Assembly: GCA_000004695.1 (NCBI GenBank)
Contig: CM000152.2
Span: forward strand, 5,056,001 to 5,120,000
DNA length: 64,000 nucleotides
Origin: Dictyostelium discoideum
Lineage: Eukaryota
Reading direction: 5' to 3'
The stretch's first letter is position 1. Each line of letters opens with the position of its first letter. The position numbers were made by a program, and so were the translations under genes. The notes under the pieces were generated by a model. It ran no database searches and was not told the origin of the DNA. It saw only the letters and a list, made by a program, of their open reading frames with translations. Of the stretch, positions 52,423 through 64,000 are shown in pieces.

Positions 52423-53952
52423 TTAAACAACTAAATCGGCATATCTTTTATCATTGATTGCAGCTTCCATTAAATCCTTTGGAGTGATGGAAGAGGATTC
52501 ACCAGTTTCAATGACAGCTTTTAAGATTGATGGTGAGAAACCAGAGATTAAACCAACACCTTCAGTTTTTGAAGAGTCAGTAACACCACATTGAGAGTTA
52601 CCATTTACATTCCAGTAAATGAGTTGTGGTGGGACGTAACCAGCATCTTTGTATTGATCAATCATAGCATCATGGTTGGATTTCTTTGAGTATTTTCCAT
52701 CGGCAGTATCAAAAGCCATATCAGAGATTACGAATAATTTCTTTGGCATATCTTCTTGTGGCAATTTATTTTGTTTGGCTTTTTCCAAGATCATCTCGAA
52801 AGCACGGTTAAAGTTTGTTGAACCACCCCAAGGAGCAGCAGCTAAATTTGAAACTTTATCACGTAAAGAATCACCTGTGACCTTGTGGAAAGTTGGTGTT
52901 TCATGGAAAGTGATAACTAAATCTTTGAATGGTGGTGCGACAACTGATGAAATCAAGATACCGAGTGCAATTGAAACTTCCATTGGTGTACCACTCATAC
53001 TACCAGAGACATCACTGAGGACGAGAGCATCCTTGAGGGAACCTAATTTTCTAACTTCTTGTTCCAATACTTTCCATTGCTCTTCGAGGATGTCATCCTT
53101 TGCAATACCTTTGAGATATTCCTTAACGATCTCGTGTGGGAACAATTGTTTAGCGTTTACTTTGGTTTCACCCTTCTTTAAGGATTCGATATATTCAGCG
53201 AATAAACTTGGTTCATGACGTTCGAAAGCTTTACGTTGTAATTTCATACAACGTGATGGTACCTTTGAGTAACTAATTTCATTCCATTGGTTGGCAGACA
53301 TTTTACGTTCTACAACATCGAGATGTTTTCTTAATGGTACTAAATAATTCTTTCTATAGTCTTTCTTGGCGGTGGATTTATTGGCAGAAAGTAAGAGGGC
53401 AATCTTTTTACAGGCTTTTGATGAGGTTGGATCAGAGTGACCTTCAGTTGGTGCCCATTTTGCAGCTAATGAAATCTTGGCCTTCTCTTGATCCTTTGAT
53501 AAACTTTCAACATCTTTTTTCAATTGGGTGGTAATTGACTCCAATGCTAATGGCTCAACGGTGGTACCAATTAATTGGACGACATCTTTCCATGATCCAA
53601 ATTCTGGTACATGTTTAAAGTTTTTCTCAACAGTGCTTGGTGATACACCATTCATCCATACCAAACTTTGTTGGAAAAGGGTACGTTCACCTTTACCACC
53701 ACGACAATCACGTAATTGGAATACTAATTTCAAGGTATCCAATGGTGATACTTCCCAAGATGCTTGTAAAAGTTGATTCAATTCTCCTTGTTCTAAACCA
53801 CGTGCTGACTTGAAGAAAAAGTTAACTCTTGCGTCATCTGTACCTGCTGGTGTATTTACATGTTTTGGGAATACTTTTGCTACTTTAGTTTTCTTGTTTG
53901 GACCATGTTTATATTTTTTACCCAATGATTTTGATGAAGCTGATGATGACAT
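52423..53952 (-). CDS. DUF2828-type protein with a C-terminal von Willebrand factor A (vWA/MIDAS) domain, single exon, 509 aa
   Basis: Starts MSSSASSKSLGKKYKHGP... The MIDAS motif is ALVLSDVSGSMSGTPMEVSIALGIL..., followed by GGSTNFNRAFE. Composition is noticeably less AT-biased than the neighbours, with no homopolymer tracts. The ORF-track start at 54057 is an upstream artefact across a poly(T/A) run; the first sensible ATG is at 53952. Confidence 0.8.
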   Translation of the reverse strand: MSSSASSKSLGKKYKHGPNKKTKVAKVFPKHVNTPAGTDDARVNFFFKSARGLEQGELNQLLQASWEVSPLDTLKLVFQLRDCRGGKGERTLFQQSLVWMNGVSPSTVEKNFKHVPEFGSWKDVVQLIGTTVEPLALESITTQLKKDVESLSKDQEKAKISLAAKWAPTEGHSDPTSSKACKKIALLLSANKSTAKKDYRKNYLVPLRKHLDVVERKMSANQWNEISYSKVPSRCMKLQRKAFERHEPSLFAEYIESLKKGETKVNAKQLFPHEIVKEYLKGIAKDDILEEQWKVLEQEVRKLGSLKDALVLSDVSGSMSGTPMEVSIALGILISSVVAPPFKDLVITFHETPTFHKVTGDSLRDKVSNLAAAPWGGSTNFNRAFEMILEKAKQNKLPQEDMPKKLFVISDMAFDTADGKYSKKSNHDAMIDQYKDAGYVPPQLIYWNVNGNSQCGVTDSSKTEGVGLISGFSPSILKAVIETGESSSITPKDLMEAAINDKRYADLVV

Positions 53953-54360
53953 TTTATAAATTGTTTTTAAAAAAAAAAAAAAAAAAAAAAATTTGTTTGT
54001 GTGTGAAAAAAAAAAAAATAAAATAAAATAATTGAAAAAAAAACTGAAAGATAGCAAATTGAAAAAAAAAAAATTAAAAAAATCTTTAAGTACATTTTTT
54101 TTTTTTTTTCAAATCGGATTAAAAATGAGAAAAAAAATCGAATCAATGGTGGTTCGTTGAATTAATTTTTTTTTGAATTTTTATTTTTATTAATTTTTTA
54201 TTTTTTTTTTTTTATTTATTTTTGTTAAAATTAAAATAATAATTTATAGAGATTGTTTATCTCTTTCTTGTTTATTTTATCAAAATAATAACTTTTTTTT
54301 TTTTTTTTTTTTTTTATTTATTTTCTCAAAATTAATTAATTATCCAAAAAAAGTTATTTG

Positions 54361-54415
<55 letters not shown>

Positions 54416-54613
54416 ACTAAAACACTAAAACACTAAAAAATTGATCTTGTATCCAATTAAAAAGATATCATTTTGAGTTGAACTATTGTATAATAAAAGA
54501 GACAAACACAACATATGTGAAATAATATATTTTATTTTATTTTTTTTTTTTTTTAATATTCAAAAATTTTATAAAAAGAAAAGTTGAAAGTTTAAAAAAA
54601 GAAACCAATTTCA

Positions 54614-55234
54614 TTATAAGCCACAAATTCTATCTGTTTCAGATTTATTAAAAACCAATTCTAAATGAACACGATTTTTCCTGCATTCCCTAGCAAATTT
54701 ATTCAAATGATCTTTTTCTAACAAAATCATAACAAGTTCCAATTTGTTTGGACTGTAATATATTGGTTGATTAAAATAATTTTGGGTTTCAATAATAGAA
54801 TTATATTGATGTTGATTATTATTTCCATTATTGACAATAACTGTTTTTTTAAAAATTTGTTGACATGGTGAATAATAAAATAAAGATTTATGAGTTCCAT
54901 CAACTTCATAATGAACACATCCAATTAATTTAAAATAGAAACATAGACTTAAAAATGCACAAAAAAGGTTCAAAAAATTCATTGTAAACATATTAAATAT
55001 TGGATTAAATTGAAAATCAGATGATGGTTCCCAAAAAAAGAAAGGTTTTTTTAAATGAATCTTTATAAATTAGTGCTTGTACTATTAAACTAGTGGTACA
55101 TGTTATCATTCCAATTATAACAACAATTAATACACCTATTTTATTTCCATATACACTATCAACTGGAGCTAATGAGTTAAAATAAGATGATTCTATACTT
55201 AATCTTCCTTCATCCTTTTTTAAATCATATTCCC

Positions 55235-55295
<61 letters not shown>

Positions 55296-55690
55296 AAAAA
55301 AAAATTATTAAATTTATTAATAAACTAAAGATTAATTTTATTATTTAATTATTTAATTATTTGATTATTTTTTATTAAAATGTATAAAAACTTACACATT
55401 AAAGCTTGTCTGCCAAGGAGAATAAAAAAGTTCAGTCCTATTGTTAGAATAGTAGCCCAAAAACAAGACATATTAATGTTTGAAAATGCAGCAACAGCAA
55501 CACCAAAGATTATATAATCAAAACCATCAAAAACTCCCCTCCAATATATGGCTTGGTCAGGCCAAAACTTTATTTTTCCTATATCATTTGGTTGTTTTTC
55601 ATGTTTTTTTAAATTAACATTATCTTTTTTGTTAATTTCTTTTATAACTGTTTGGCAATGGATACAATGGCAAGAAATATTGTTTTGCAT
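54614..55690 (-). CDS. Multi-pass membrane protein with an N-terminal Cys/His cluster, 2 exons: join(55690..55396,55234..54614), with an apparent frameshift near 55000-55012
   Basis: Exon 1 is MQNNISCHCIHCQTVIKEINKK...FWPDQAIYWRGVFDGFDYIIFGVAVAAFSNINMSCFWATILTIGLNFFILLGRQALM, ending at a GTAAGT donor. Exon 2 is WEYDLKKDEGRLSIESSYFNSLAPVDSVYGNKIGVLIVVIIGMITCTTSLIVQALIYKDSFKK, then a stop (TFLFLGTII*). The continuation ...PFFFWEPSSDFQFNPIFNMFTMNFLNLFCAFLSLCFYFKLIGCVHYEVDGTHKS...ETDRICGL* is in another frame, joined across an A7/T7 homopolymer. Confidence 0.55.
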
Positions 55691-56757
55691 TTCTTTTTTT
55701 TTTATTTATTAATTAAAAGAGAATTATTCAAATAAAATTTCTTTTAAATACACAAGAAAAGTTTTTTTTTTTTTAAAAATAATACAAAAATAATTTAAAA
55801 TTAAATTTTATTAAAAATAAAATTATTTTGAGGTTAGTTTATTAAAGATACTTTTTAAATAGGTTGAAATCAAAGAAAATCACATTTTTTTTAATATGGG
55901 ATTGACTTAAAAAATTAAAAAAACATTGATGAGTTTGATTTTAATTTTTTTTTTAAAAACAAAATCACTCTAAAAATTCCATAAAAATTTTTTTTTTTTT
56001 TCATTAAGGAAATAATCTATTAATCATTAAATTTTAAGTGCTCTAAAAATAAATATTTCCAATAAAAAACAAAAAAAAGAAAATTTTTGATTAAAAATTA
56101 TTAGTGTTTATTAATAGCACAATAAAAAATTTATTTTTGATACAAATTTTTTTTTTTTATTACATAAATGGATAAAGATTGAGTGTTTATGTGGTTTTTT
56201 TATTGGGGTAAAATAATTAAATATCTTAATAATTTAAAAAAAACACAAAAATAAAATTAACCAATTTTTTTAATTAAAAAAATTAAAAATTAAAAATAAA
56301 AAATCTATTAATTTAATTTATTATGTACTTTTTATTATTACTAGTTATTTTAATTATATTCTTTGTATCATTCACTTGTGAAAGTTAAATAATTTGAAAA
56401 ATACTCTGATTCATCGCTTTATTCTTCCTCCAATTCTGGTTCAGTGCCAGATGATATTTAAATAATCTCTCATTCTTGTGTTTAAATCAGGTTTTTCTAT
56501 ACTTGATTCAAATGATATATTATCAATCTCTTTTTCTTCTTTTTCACTGCAACTTTTTTTTTTTTTTTTTTTTTCTTTTTATCTTTAATTTAATAAAGAT
56601 CGCTAAACTTGAAAAATTAGAAAATTCTATATTTCAAATCATATTTATACTCAATTTTCTAATTTTTTTTTTTTTTATATTTTTATATTTTTATATTTAT
56701 TTATTTAATTTAATTTATTTATTTAATATTATATATATGTTAAATTTTTTTAAAAAT

Positions 56758-59700
56758 TTAATTTTTAAAACCACCAACTAAGATTGCTTTACATTGTTTT
56801 GCTCTTTCTAAGAAAAGAGAAGATTCATTTGGAAAACCTCTTTCAATTAAAAAGTTTGCATAAGCGGTTAAACAACGATAATTATTTGAATCAGCTTCAA
56901 GAGAACGAAGGAAATAATCTTCAGCTTTTTCATAACGTTCACAACGAACTAAAAAGTTTGCATAAAAGAAGAGAATGAGGGGACCTTTAGTATCGGCATC
57001 GATAGCACGTAAGAAATAACGATCAGTATTTACCACGACACGATCAGACATTGAAAATCTAACATTGGACATATTTTTACCTTGACTTGCACTAAATTCC
57101 AAAATTTTACACCAAGCTTGAGCACATAGTTGTAAGGTTTCCTTATTGTTTGGATTTGAAATTAATGCCAATTCAAAGAATTTTCTAGCTTTATGTAATA
57201 AATGAATGGCGGTACCAATTGAACGTTCAGTCATTGCTTTAGCATAAAAGAAGGTACCTTCAGCATTTGTAACCAAATCAGTATGTTTAACACGTACACC
57301 AATCTTTTTCAAATCACTAGTATCGAATGGTTGATAATGATTCCAAAGATTTGATTGAGTATCGGCCACTTTTTCAATGGTTTTCTTTCTAAATTTCAAA
57401 TGAGTCATATCTCTGAATCTAGTGAACAATAAATGACGACCAATCACTGGATCATAATTGTTACCCTCTAGTTTCTCATAGAGAATTTCTTGAAGTTTCC
57501 AACCATTTGTACTTGCTTGTTGTTGAGCTTGTTGTTGAGCTTGTTGTTGTTGTTGAGTTTGAGTTGATTGAATAGTTGGTGATGCTGGAGCCAATGGATA
57601 TTGAGTTGATTTTCTAATACCACCATCTTTTGACGATGGTGTTGTCGGATATCCACTACCACTATTATTTAAATTACCATTTCCATTGGTTGTTAAATCT
57701 AAAACATTATCACTACTTGTATTTGTACCTAAACTACCACTACTACCATTCTGTTGTTGTTGTTGTTTATGCATCGTTAAAACCGTTGGAATATTAATAA
57801 TATAGAATTTTGAAGCCAATTCATTCTTTACTGTTACATTCCAAAATTCATTAGTATCGAAATCTGTCAATGTTGAAATACCAAAAACCATATTTAAGAA
57901 TTTAGTTGTCAAATCAATATAAGGTGCTGATAAGGGTTGATTATAACGTTTCATTGCACTTCTTAATCTTCTACGTAAATCATTTTTAAGTACTCTTGCA
58001 ATGGCTTCGATGAGTAGTACAAAGCAAGCATCTCTATCATCCATAATCACCAACATATGACCTATCCAACGCATATTAATACCTTGTCTATGGAATTGTT
58101 CTGGAATATGAACATCACCAGTCAACAAAGTACCATTGTTTAGTGATTCTTTAATCATCCACTTTAGACGAACTGATAGACGTGGAATTAACTCTGTTAA
58201 CAATCTATTGGAAGCTTCTTTTACCTCTTGATTATGAATCAATCTATCTTTATCATTCTTTATAAAACCACTGAATGCATCGGAGCATAATGGTTTTGGA
58301 TGATTCTTTAGGAACTCTGGTCTAAACAATTGGAATAAATGACCACCTGGTACATTTTCATCTGGATAAGTTGGTGGAAAGGTACGAGAGAAATCTATTA
58401 AATAAAATCTACCATCGGTACCGATATGACCTTCGATATCTGTGGCGGAATAAAGTAGAGTGGGTGGAACTGATGTACCACCTAAATGAGGTTTCAAATT
58501 TAACATTTGTGATAATGAATGCATAATTGGTAATGCTTTTTCATTTGCATGAACTGTTTTACCCATATCACTTGAACCATAGACGATAGTTGATTTTTCA
58601 CCACTTGAAATGATTGGTAAGTAGCTCATTGCAATCAAACGGAAACCCATAAAATCTACTAAAGCCATCAAAGGTACACAAAGACCACCGATTGGACAAT
58701 TTAAAGTTGCCATACAACCTTTTAATTCTTGACCACCAACTTTTGCTCCACCCCATTCATCATAAACATTTGAACTTCCAGAGAATTTAAAGAGTACATT
58801 TCTTACAATATATTTATCACCACCTAAATGACCACCAATTGAACGACTTTGAATGGTTTTCTCTTTTAAATAACGTTCTTCAATGATAATTCTACCATAG
58901 GTTTTGACAGTATGTATAAAATCTTGAGAAATATGTAATAAATCTGTACAAATCTCTTGTAAGCGATAAAGATTTGTATCCAATGATGGAAATTCTCTAA
59001 ATCTAAGTACAACTTTTTGAAATCTTTCATTCAAATCTGATTCATCATCTAATTTAGATTCATCATCATCATCTTCTTGTTTATTTTTTCTTTGATTTGT
59101 TGGTGATGATGAATTTGGTGTTAAATTTCTATTGCTATTGCTATTGCTATTATTGGATTGTTTATTTTGTTGAATTTCATATGGATCAATATTATCTGGT
59201 TGTTGTAATAGTTTATCACTACTGTTTGATTTTATATCATCTCTTAATGGTTGAGAAGTTTGTTTATTATTACTACTATTTACACTTGTTATAAAATTAC
59301 TTTCAGCTCTATTTAAAACCCTATCACCACGAGACGGTGATTGAATTGAGAAAGTGGATGTTGATCTATGAATTGTTTGCTGTCTAGATTCTTCATTCTC
59401 TGAATCGTACTCTGATAAATCATCTCTATCATAACCAGAAATAATCGATTCAGTATCATATGGATTTTGATTATTTTGATTTGGTGAATTTGGATTATCT
59501 ACAGCTGAAAATATTGCCATTGAATTTGATGATAATGACATTCCAGTCTTTGCTACACTATTAATATTTAAAAATCCATGTTGTTCACCAACTACACTTG
59601 TATTCATATTAGCTCTATTTAATGTAAAATTATTAACAATTGCTATTGGTTTAGTAGTTCCATTATTATTATTATTATTATTGTTATTATTATTAATATT

Positions 59701-59842
59701 ATTATTAATATTATTATTATTGTTATTATTATTATTTTCATTCATATTATTTAAAAATGCATTTAATTGAGAATTTAATGTTGATGCTGTCACTGTTCGA
59801 GTTAATGTTGGTGGTGGTTCAACAATTGTTACATTGTTATCA

Positions 59843-59907
<65 letters not shown>

Positions 59908-61448
59908 TTTATTATCATCATCATCATTATTATTATTATTTTCATTATTATTAATATTATTAATAATATTATTATTGTTATTATTATTATTGTTGTTTTG
60001 ATTATTACTAATGGTTATATTTGATTGCATTATACCACCTAAAACTACACTATTACCACGATTAATTGGATCTCTTGAAGTTGGAAATGCTTTATTAAAA
60101 CCAATTCCATTCGTATTGTTTATAATATTATTATTATTATTACTATTATTATCAATTGGTTGTATAGTTGTAGAATTAACAATAGAAGAAGGTGTTGGAG
60201 GAGGTGGTTCTCTTGGTAATGCACTTGAATGTCTTAAACTACTTTTAGAAGCAATACTTGGTAATACTTCCAATGTATTACGATGCCAATTTTTTTGTTC
60301 GTCTTCAGAAGGTTGAAAGCCATAGGCCTGATTATAGGCATTGTCATAATCAACCTCTGGTGATGGTGACGATGATATCTTTATTGGTGGTTGTTGTCTG
60401 AGTTGATCTTGTTGAGATTGCGTTGGTGGTGGTGGTGGTACAGGTGTTATAAATGATGGTGTTGATATTATAACTGGTGATCTATTAAGTTGTTGTTGCT
60501 GTTGCTGTTGCTGTTGTTGCTGTAGTTGTTGCTGTAGGTCATATTGATGTTGTTGAGCTTGGGCTTGAGCCAATTGCTGAGCCAATTGTTGAGCCTGAGC
60601 CTGTTGTTGTTGAAGATTTAAAGCATTTACATAGTTATGTAAATTATTTATATTAGTACTACTATTTAAATTGAATGGTTGATTTACAGATAAGGAGGAA
60701 GAGGTTGGAGTTTGTGGTGGTTGTAATTGATTATTGTTATTATTATTATTGCTATTATTATTATTCGTTGATGATACAGTTGATGTTGTGGTTGTGGTTG
60801 TAGTTGTAGTTGTTATGGATATAGTATTTATATTTGTGCTACTACCATCAAGGGTTGGTGAAGTTGAAGTTGTATTTAAACTATTTGCAACTTCATTTGA
60901 ACAAACCCTATAATAATTGATTCTTCCATTTGAATCTTTAAACGGAGGTCTTGATGGGAATGGTACACTAAGAATTTGATGTCTTCTTCTTTTGAAATTT
61001 TCTTCGGTCGTTGTTGGTGTATTACCAATGCTACTACCACTACTACCCATACCATTATTAAAAAACCCACTATCCTTTATACTCGTGGTACCATTGTTAC
61101 CATTATTATTTGGTAAAAATGATGAATTTAAATTTATTGGTAAAATATTTTTTGGTGATGTCACACCTTTTGCATTTTCTTTCTCCTTTTCTTTTTCTCT
61201 TTCTTTTTCTTTCTCTTTCTCTTTTTCTTTTTCTTTTTCTTTTTCTTTATCTTTTTCTTTATCGCCTGAATTTTTTAAATTTTTAAATACACCTTTCTTT
61301 TTAATTGATCCATTACTATCATTTTTATCATTTTTATTGTTACCGCTGTTATTATTATTATTGTTATTCATGTTATTATTATTATTATTACTACTGTTAT
61401 TATCAGTATTGATATTATTATTATTAATATTATTATTACTACTACTAC

Positions 61449-61529
<81 letters not shown>

Positions 61530-61538
61530 TAATGCTAC

Positions 61539-61605
<67 letters not shown>

Positions 61606-61672
61606 GTTGTTATTATTAATGCTATTAGTGTTATTATTATTATTATTACTATTATTATTATTGTTATTGTTA

Positions 61673-61748
<76 letters not shown>

Positions 61749-62171
61749 TATTATTATTATTTATATTGTTACCGCTATTATTACTATTTATACCGCTCGT
61801 ACTATTTTCGTTTATATTAATATTATTATTATTAATAATATTATTATTATTCGTATTATTCGTATTATTATTATTATTTATATTTATATTATTGTTAACA
61901 TTATTATTATTAATGCTATTAGAATTATTAGAATTATTATTTACACTCGAATTACTTGAAGTTAATAGATTACTGCCGCTACTAGTTGATGATACACTAT
62001 TAACACTACTAGCTAAACCACTATTACTATTTACACTCAAGCTATTGCTATCTTGTTCTCTTAAGCCATTACTGCTTAATAGTTGATCCCTATTCGAACC
62101 ACCACTTATACTTCCACTAAATATATAATGATTACTAGAATTTAATGGTTGTAAAGATGGTGATGATGAAC

Positions 62172-62223
<52 letters not shown>

Positions 62224-63163
62224 GCTATTGTTATTATTATTATTATTATTATTATTGCTATTGCTATTACTTGAAGATGAAGAAAAAAATTTATTAAAAA
62301 GACCTTTTTCTTTCTTTTTTGGATCCTTTTCTTTCTCTTTCTCCTTTTCTTTTTCTTTTTCTTTCTCTTTTTCCTTTTCTTTTTCTTTACCTATATTATT
62401 GCTATTGATTAAATTCATACCACTACCACTACCAAAACTACCACTATGATCTCTTTTAGAAGATCTTGCAGATGGTGATGATACTGACATAGTTGTAGTA
62501 CTATTTGTTGATGACGACGATGATGATGTGATTGTTGGTGTTATTGAATTATTACCAACCAAACCAAACTGGTGTGGTGTAATAATCATTTTTGCAATTG
62601 TAAGGAATATTAAATCTATATTTTCATTTCTTAATGCTGAACATTCAATACCAATAAACTTATTTAATAAACAAAAACTTCTAACCATTTCTGGTGGAGT
62701 CTTTTTCTCTAAATCTGATTTACATCCAACAACTAATATAGGTGTATTTACTGGTACATATCTTTTGGCCTCTATTGACCATTTTGATGTTATCTTTTCA
62801 AATGATTCTCTATTTGATGAATCATAAACAATAATTAATCCTTGTGCTCCTCTTAAAAAAAAAAAAAAAAAATTAATTAACATTTTTATAATATTTTTAA
62901 AATAAAAAATTTAAGCTTACTTGTAAAAACTTGATGTTAAATTTGATATTTTCTCTTGCCCAAATGTATCCCCCTATAATTAAAAAATAAAAAAAAAATA
63001 AAAAGTTAAAAAAATGACTTAATTATAGTTATAATTTTATTTTTTTACATACAATTTGAAGTTTATGTGATTTACCAGCAACTTCTACTGATTTAAATTT
63101 CTAAAATAAAAAATTAAATAAAAAAAAAAAAAAAAATAAAGTTAATTTCTTATTTAAAATAAA

Positions 63164-63223
<60 letters not shown>

Positions 63224-63385
63224 TATAATTATAATTATAATTATAATTGTACATACGGCTTCAAGAAGTACAGTTGGTTCATTTGGATTAAAAACACCAT
63301 CAGTGAACCTTAATAATAATGATGTCTTACCAACGCCATTATCACCGATAATCAATATTTTTAAACTTTTGTCTAGTTGTTGCAT
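56758..63385 (-). CDS. Giant multidomain protein: N-terminal Ras/Rab-like small GTPase, ~1000-aa poly-N/S/Q linker, conserved central domain resembling the CLU (clustered-mitochondria) central domain, and C-terminal TPR-like repeats. 4 exons: join(63385..63257,63100..63053,62973..62921,62852..56758).
   Basis: G1 is KILIIGDNGVGKTSLLLRF (exon 1, gtatgt donor). Exon 2 is KFKSVEVAGKSHKLQI. G3 is GDTFGQE (exon 3, donor gtaagc). Exon 4 starts (K)GAQGLIIVYDSSNRESFEKITSKW...VVGCKSDL (G4) ...ECSALRNENID. Conserved central block: ...KYIVRNVLFKFSGSSNVYDEWGGAKVGGQELKGCMATLNCPIGGLCVPLMALVDFMGFRLIAMSYLPI...GSSDMGKTVH...IGTDGRFYLIDFSRTFPPTYPD. The tail has TPR-like helices (FYANFLVRCERYEKAEDYFLRSLEADSNNYRCLTAYANFLIERG). 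The CLU assignment is from memory only. Confidence 0.75.
61380..61790. repeat. Long (ATT/AAT)n tracts encoding poly-Asn within the giant GTPase gene
   Basis: Several runs of 20-40 perfect triplets (61440-61760 and again 59820-59900, 62160-62260), translated as N-runs of 25-45 residues on the minus strand. Confidence 0.9.
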
Positions 63386-64000
63386 TGATTATTAGCTGAT
63401 GTTGGTTAATGAATATTATTTATTTATTTATTTATTTAATTATTTAATTTATTTATTAATTAATTTATTATTACAATTTGTTGGTTTTTTTTTTTTTTTT
63501 TTTTTATTTTTTTTTTATAAACTTATTTTATTATGTATGATAGTATTATTTATTATTGTTGGTGGCTGTTGTTGTTGTTGTTGTTGTTGTTATTGTGGTT
63601 TGTGTGATTATAATGTTTTTTGATAAAAGTAAAAAAAAAAAAAGAGAAAAAAAAAAATAAAAAATAAAAAATAAAAAATAAAATTTATTATTTTTTTTAT
63701 TTAAAAAAATAAAATAAAATTAAAACAATTTTGAATGTGTGTGTGGTTTGGGGGTTGGAAATTACTATATGCTTTCTTTTTTAAGTTTATTTTTTTATTT
63801 TCTTTTTTTGATTATCTTTTTTGAGATAAAGGGATTAATTAAATTATTATTATTACACTTTTAATTTTATAATACTACAATAAAAATTTTATATTTATAT
63901 ATATATAGTGCGGAGTAAGGAATATATTAAATATAATATTAAATAAATTACTAATGAAGTGTGTTATTTTATTATTATTATTATTACTTTGTTTTTATTT

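Noticed and set aside
53953-54057. Upstream extension of the DUF2828 ORF (MLSFSFFFNYFILFFFF...)
   Set aside because: It runs through poly(A/T) spacer and gives a nonsensical poly-F leader. The conserved protein starts at the ATG at 53952.
60992-62086. 364-aa plus-strand ORF, mostly poly-Leu
   Set aside because: Antisense of the poly-N/S tracts of the giant GTPase gene.

Overview
This window is AT-rich (about 75-80% A+T) with frequent poly-Asn/Gln/Ser-coding triplet repeats, short GT..AG introns (GTAAGT/GTATGT donors) and long homopolymer runs. I read it as nuclear DNA of Dictyostelium discoideum or a close dictyostelid. I can support about 20 protein-coding genes. On the + strand: an MMAB-type cobalamin adenosyltransferase, a Na+/H+ exchanger, a thioredoxin-like membrane protein, a divergent alpha-tubulin, a MARK/Par-1-type kinase with a KA1 domain, a secreted Cys-rich protein, a DMT-superfamily transporter, two adjacent ORFs of one N-rich family, an ELG1/ATAD5-like AAA+ protein, and a membrane protein. 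On the - strand: a TBC Rab-GAP, a receptor-like TKL kinase with an IPT/TIG ectodomain, SLU7, a TM-anchored helical-repeat acidic protein, a DUF2828/vWA protein, a frameshifted membrane protein, and a 6.6-kb gene encoding a Ras-like GTPase fused to a CLU-like central domain and TPR-like repeats. Positions 8.4-15.3 kb hold a tRNA-gene-targeted non-LTR retrotransposon cluster: a near-full-length TRE-type element (ORF1 + APE/RT ORF2), an abutting 5' fragment of a second copy, tandem short repeat modules, truncated tRNA 5'-half copies and one intact, possibly intron-containing, tRNA gene. I see no CRISPR array or prokaryotic features. The most notable points are an in-frame TGA at a conserved Arg codon of the MMAB gene, two loci where adjacent ORFs look like frameshift-split genes, the GTPase-CLU-like fusion, and the structured tRNA/retroelement locus. 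All calls rest on reading translations and splice motifs by eye; no searches were run.
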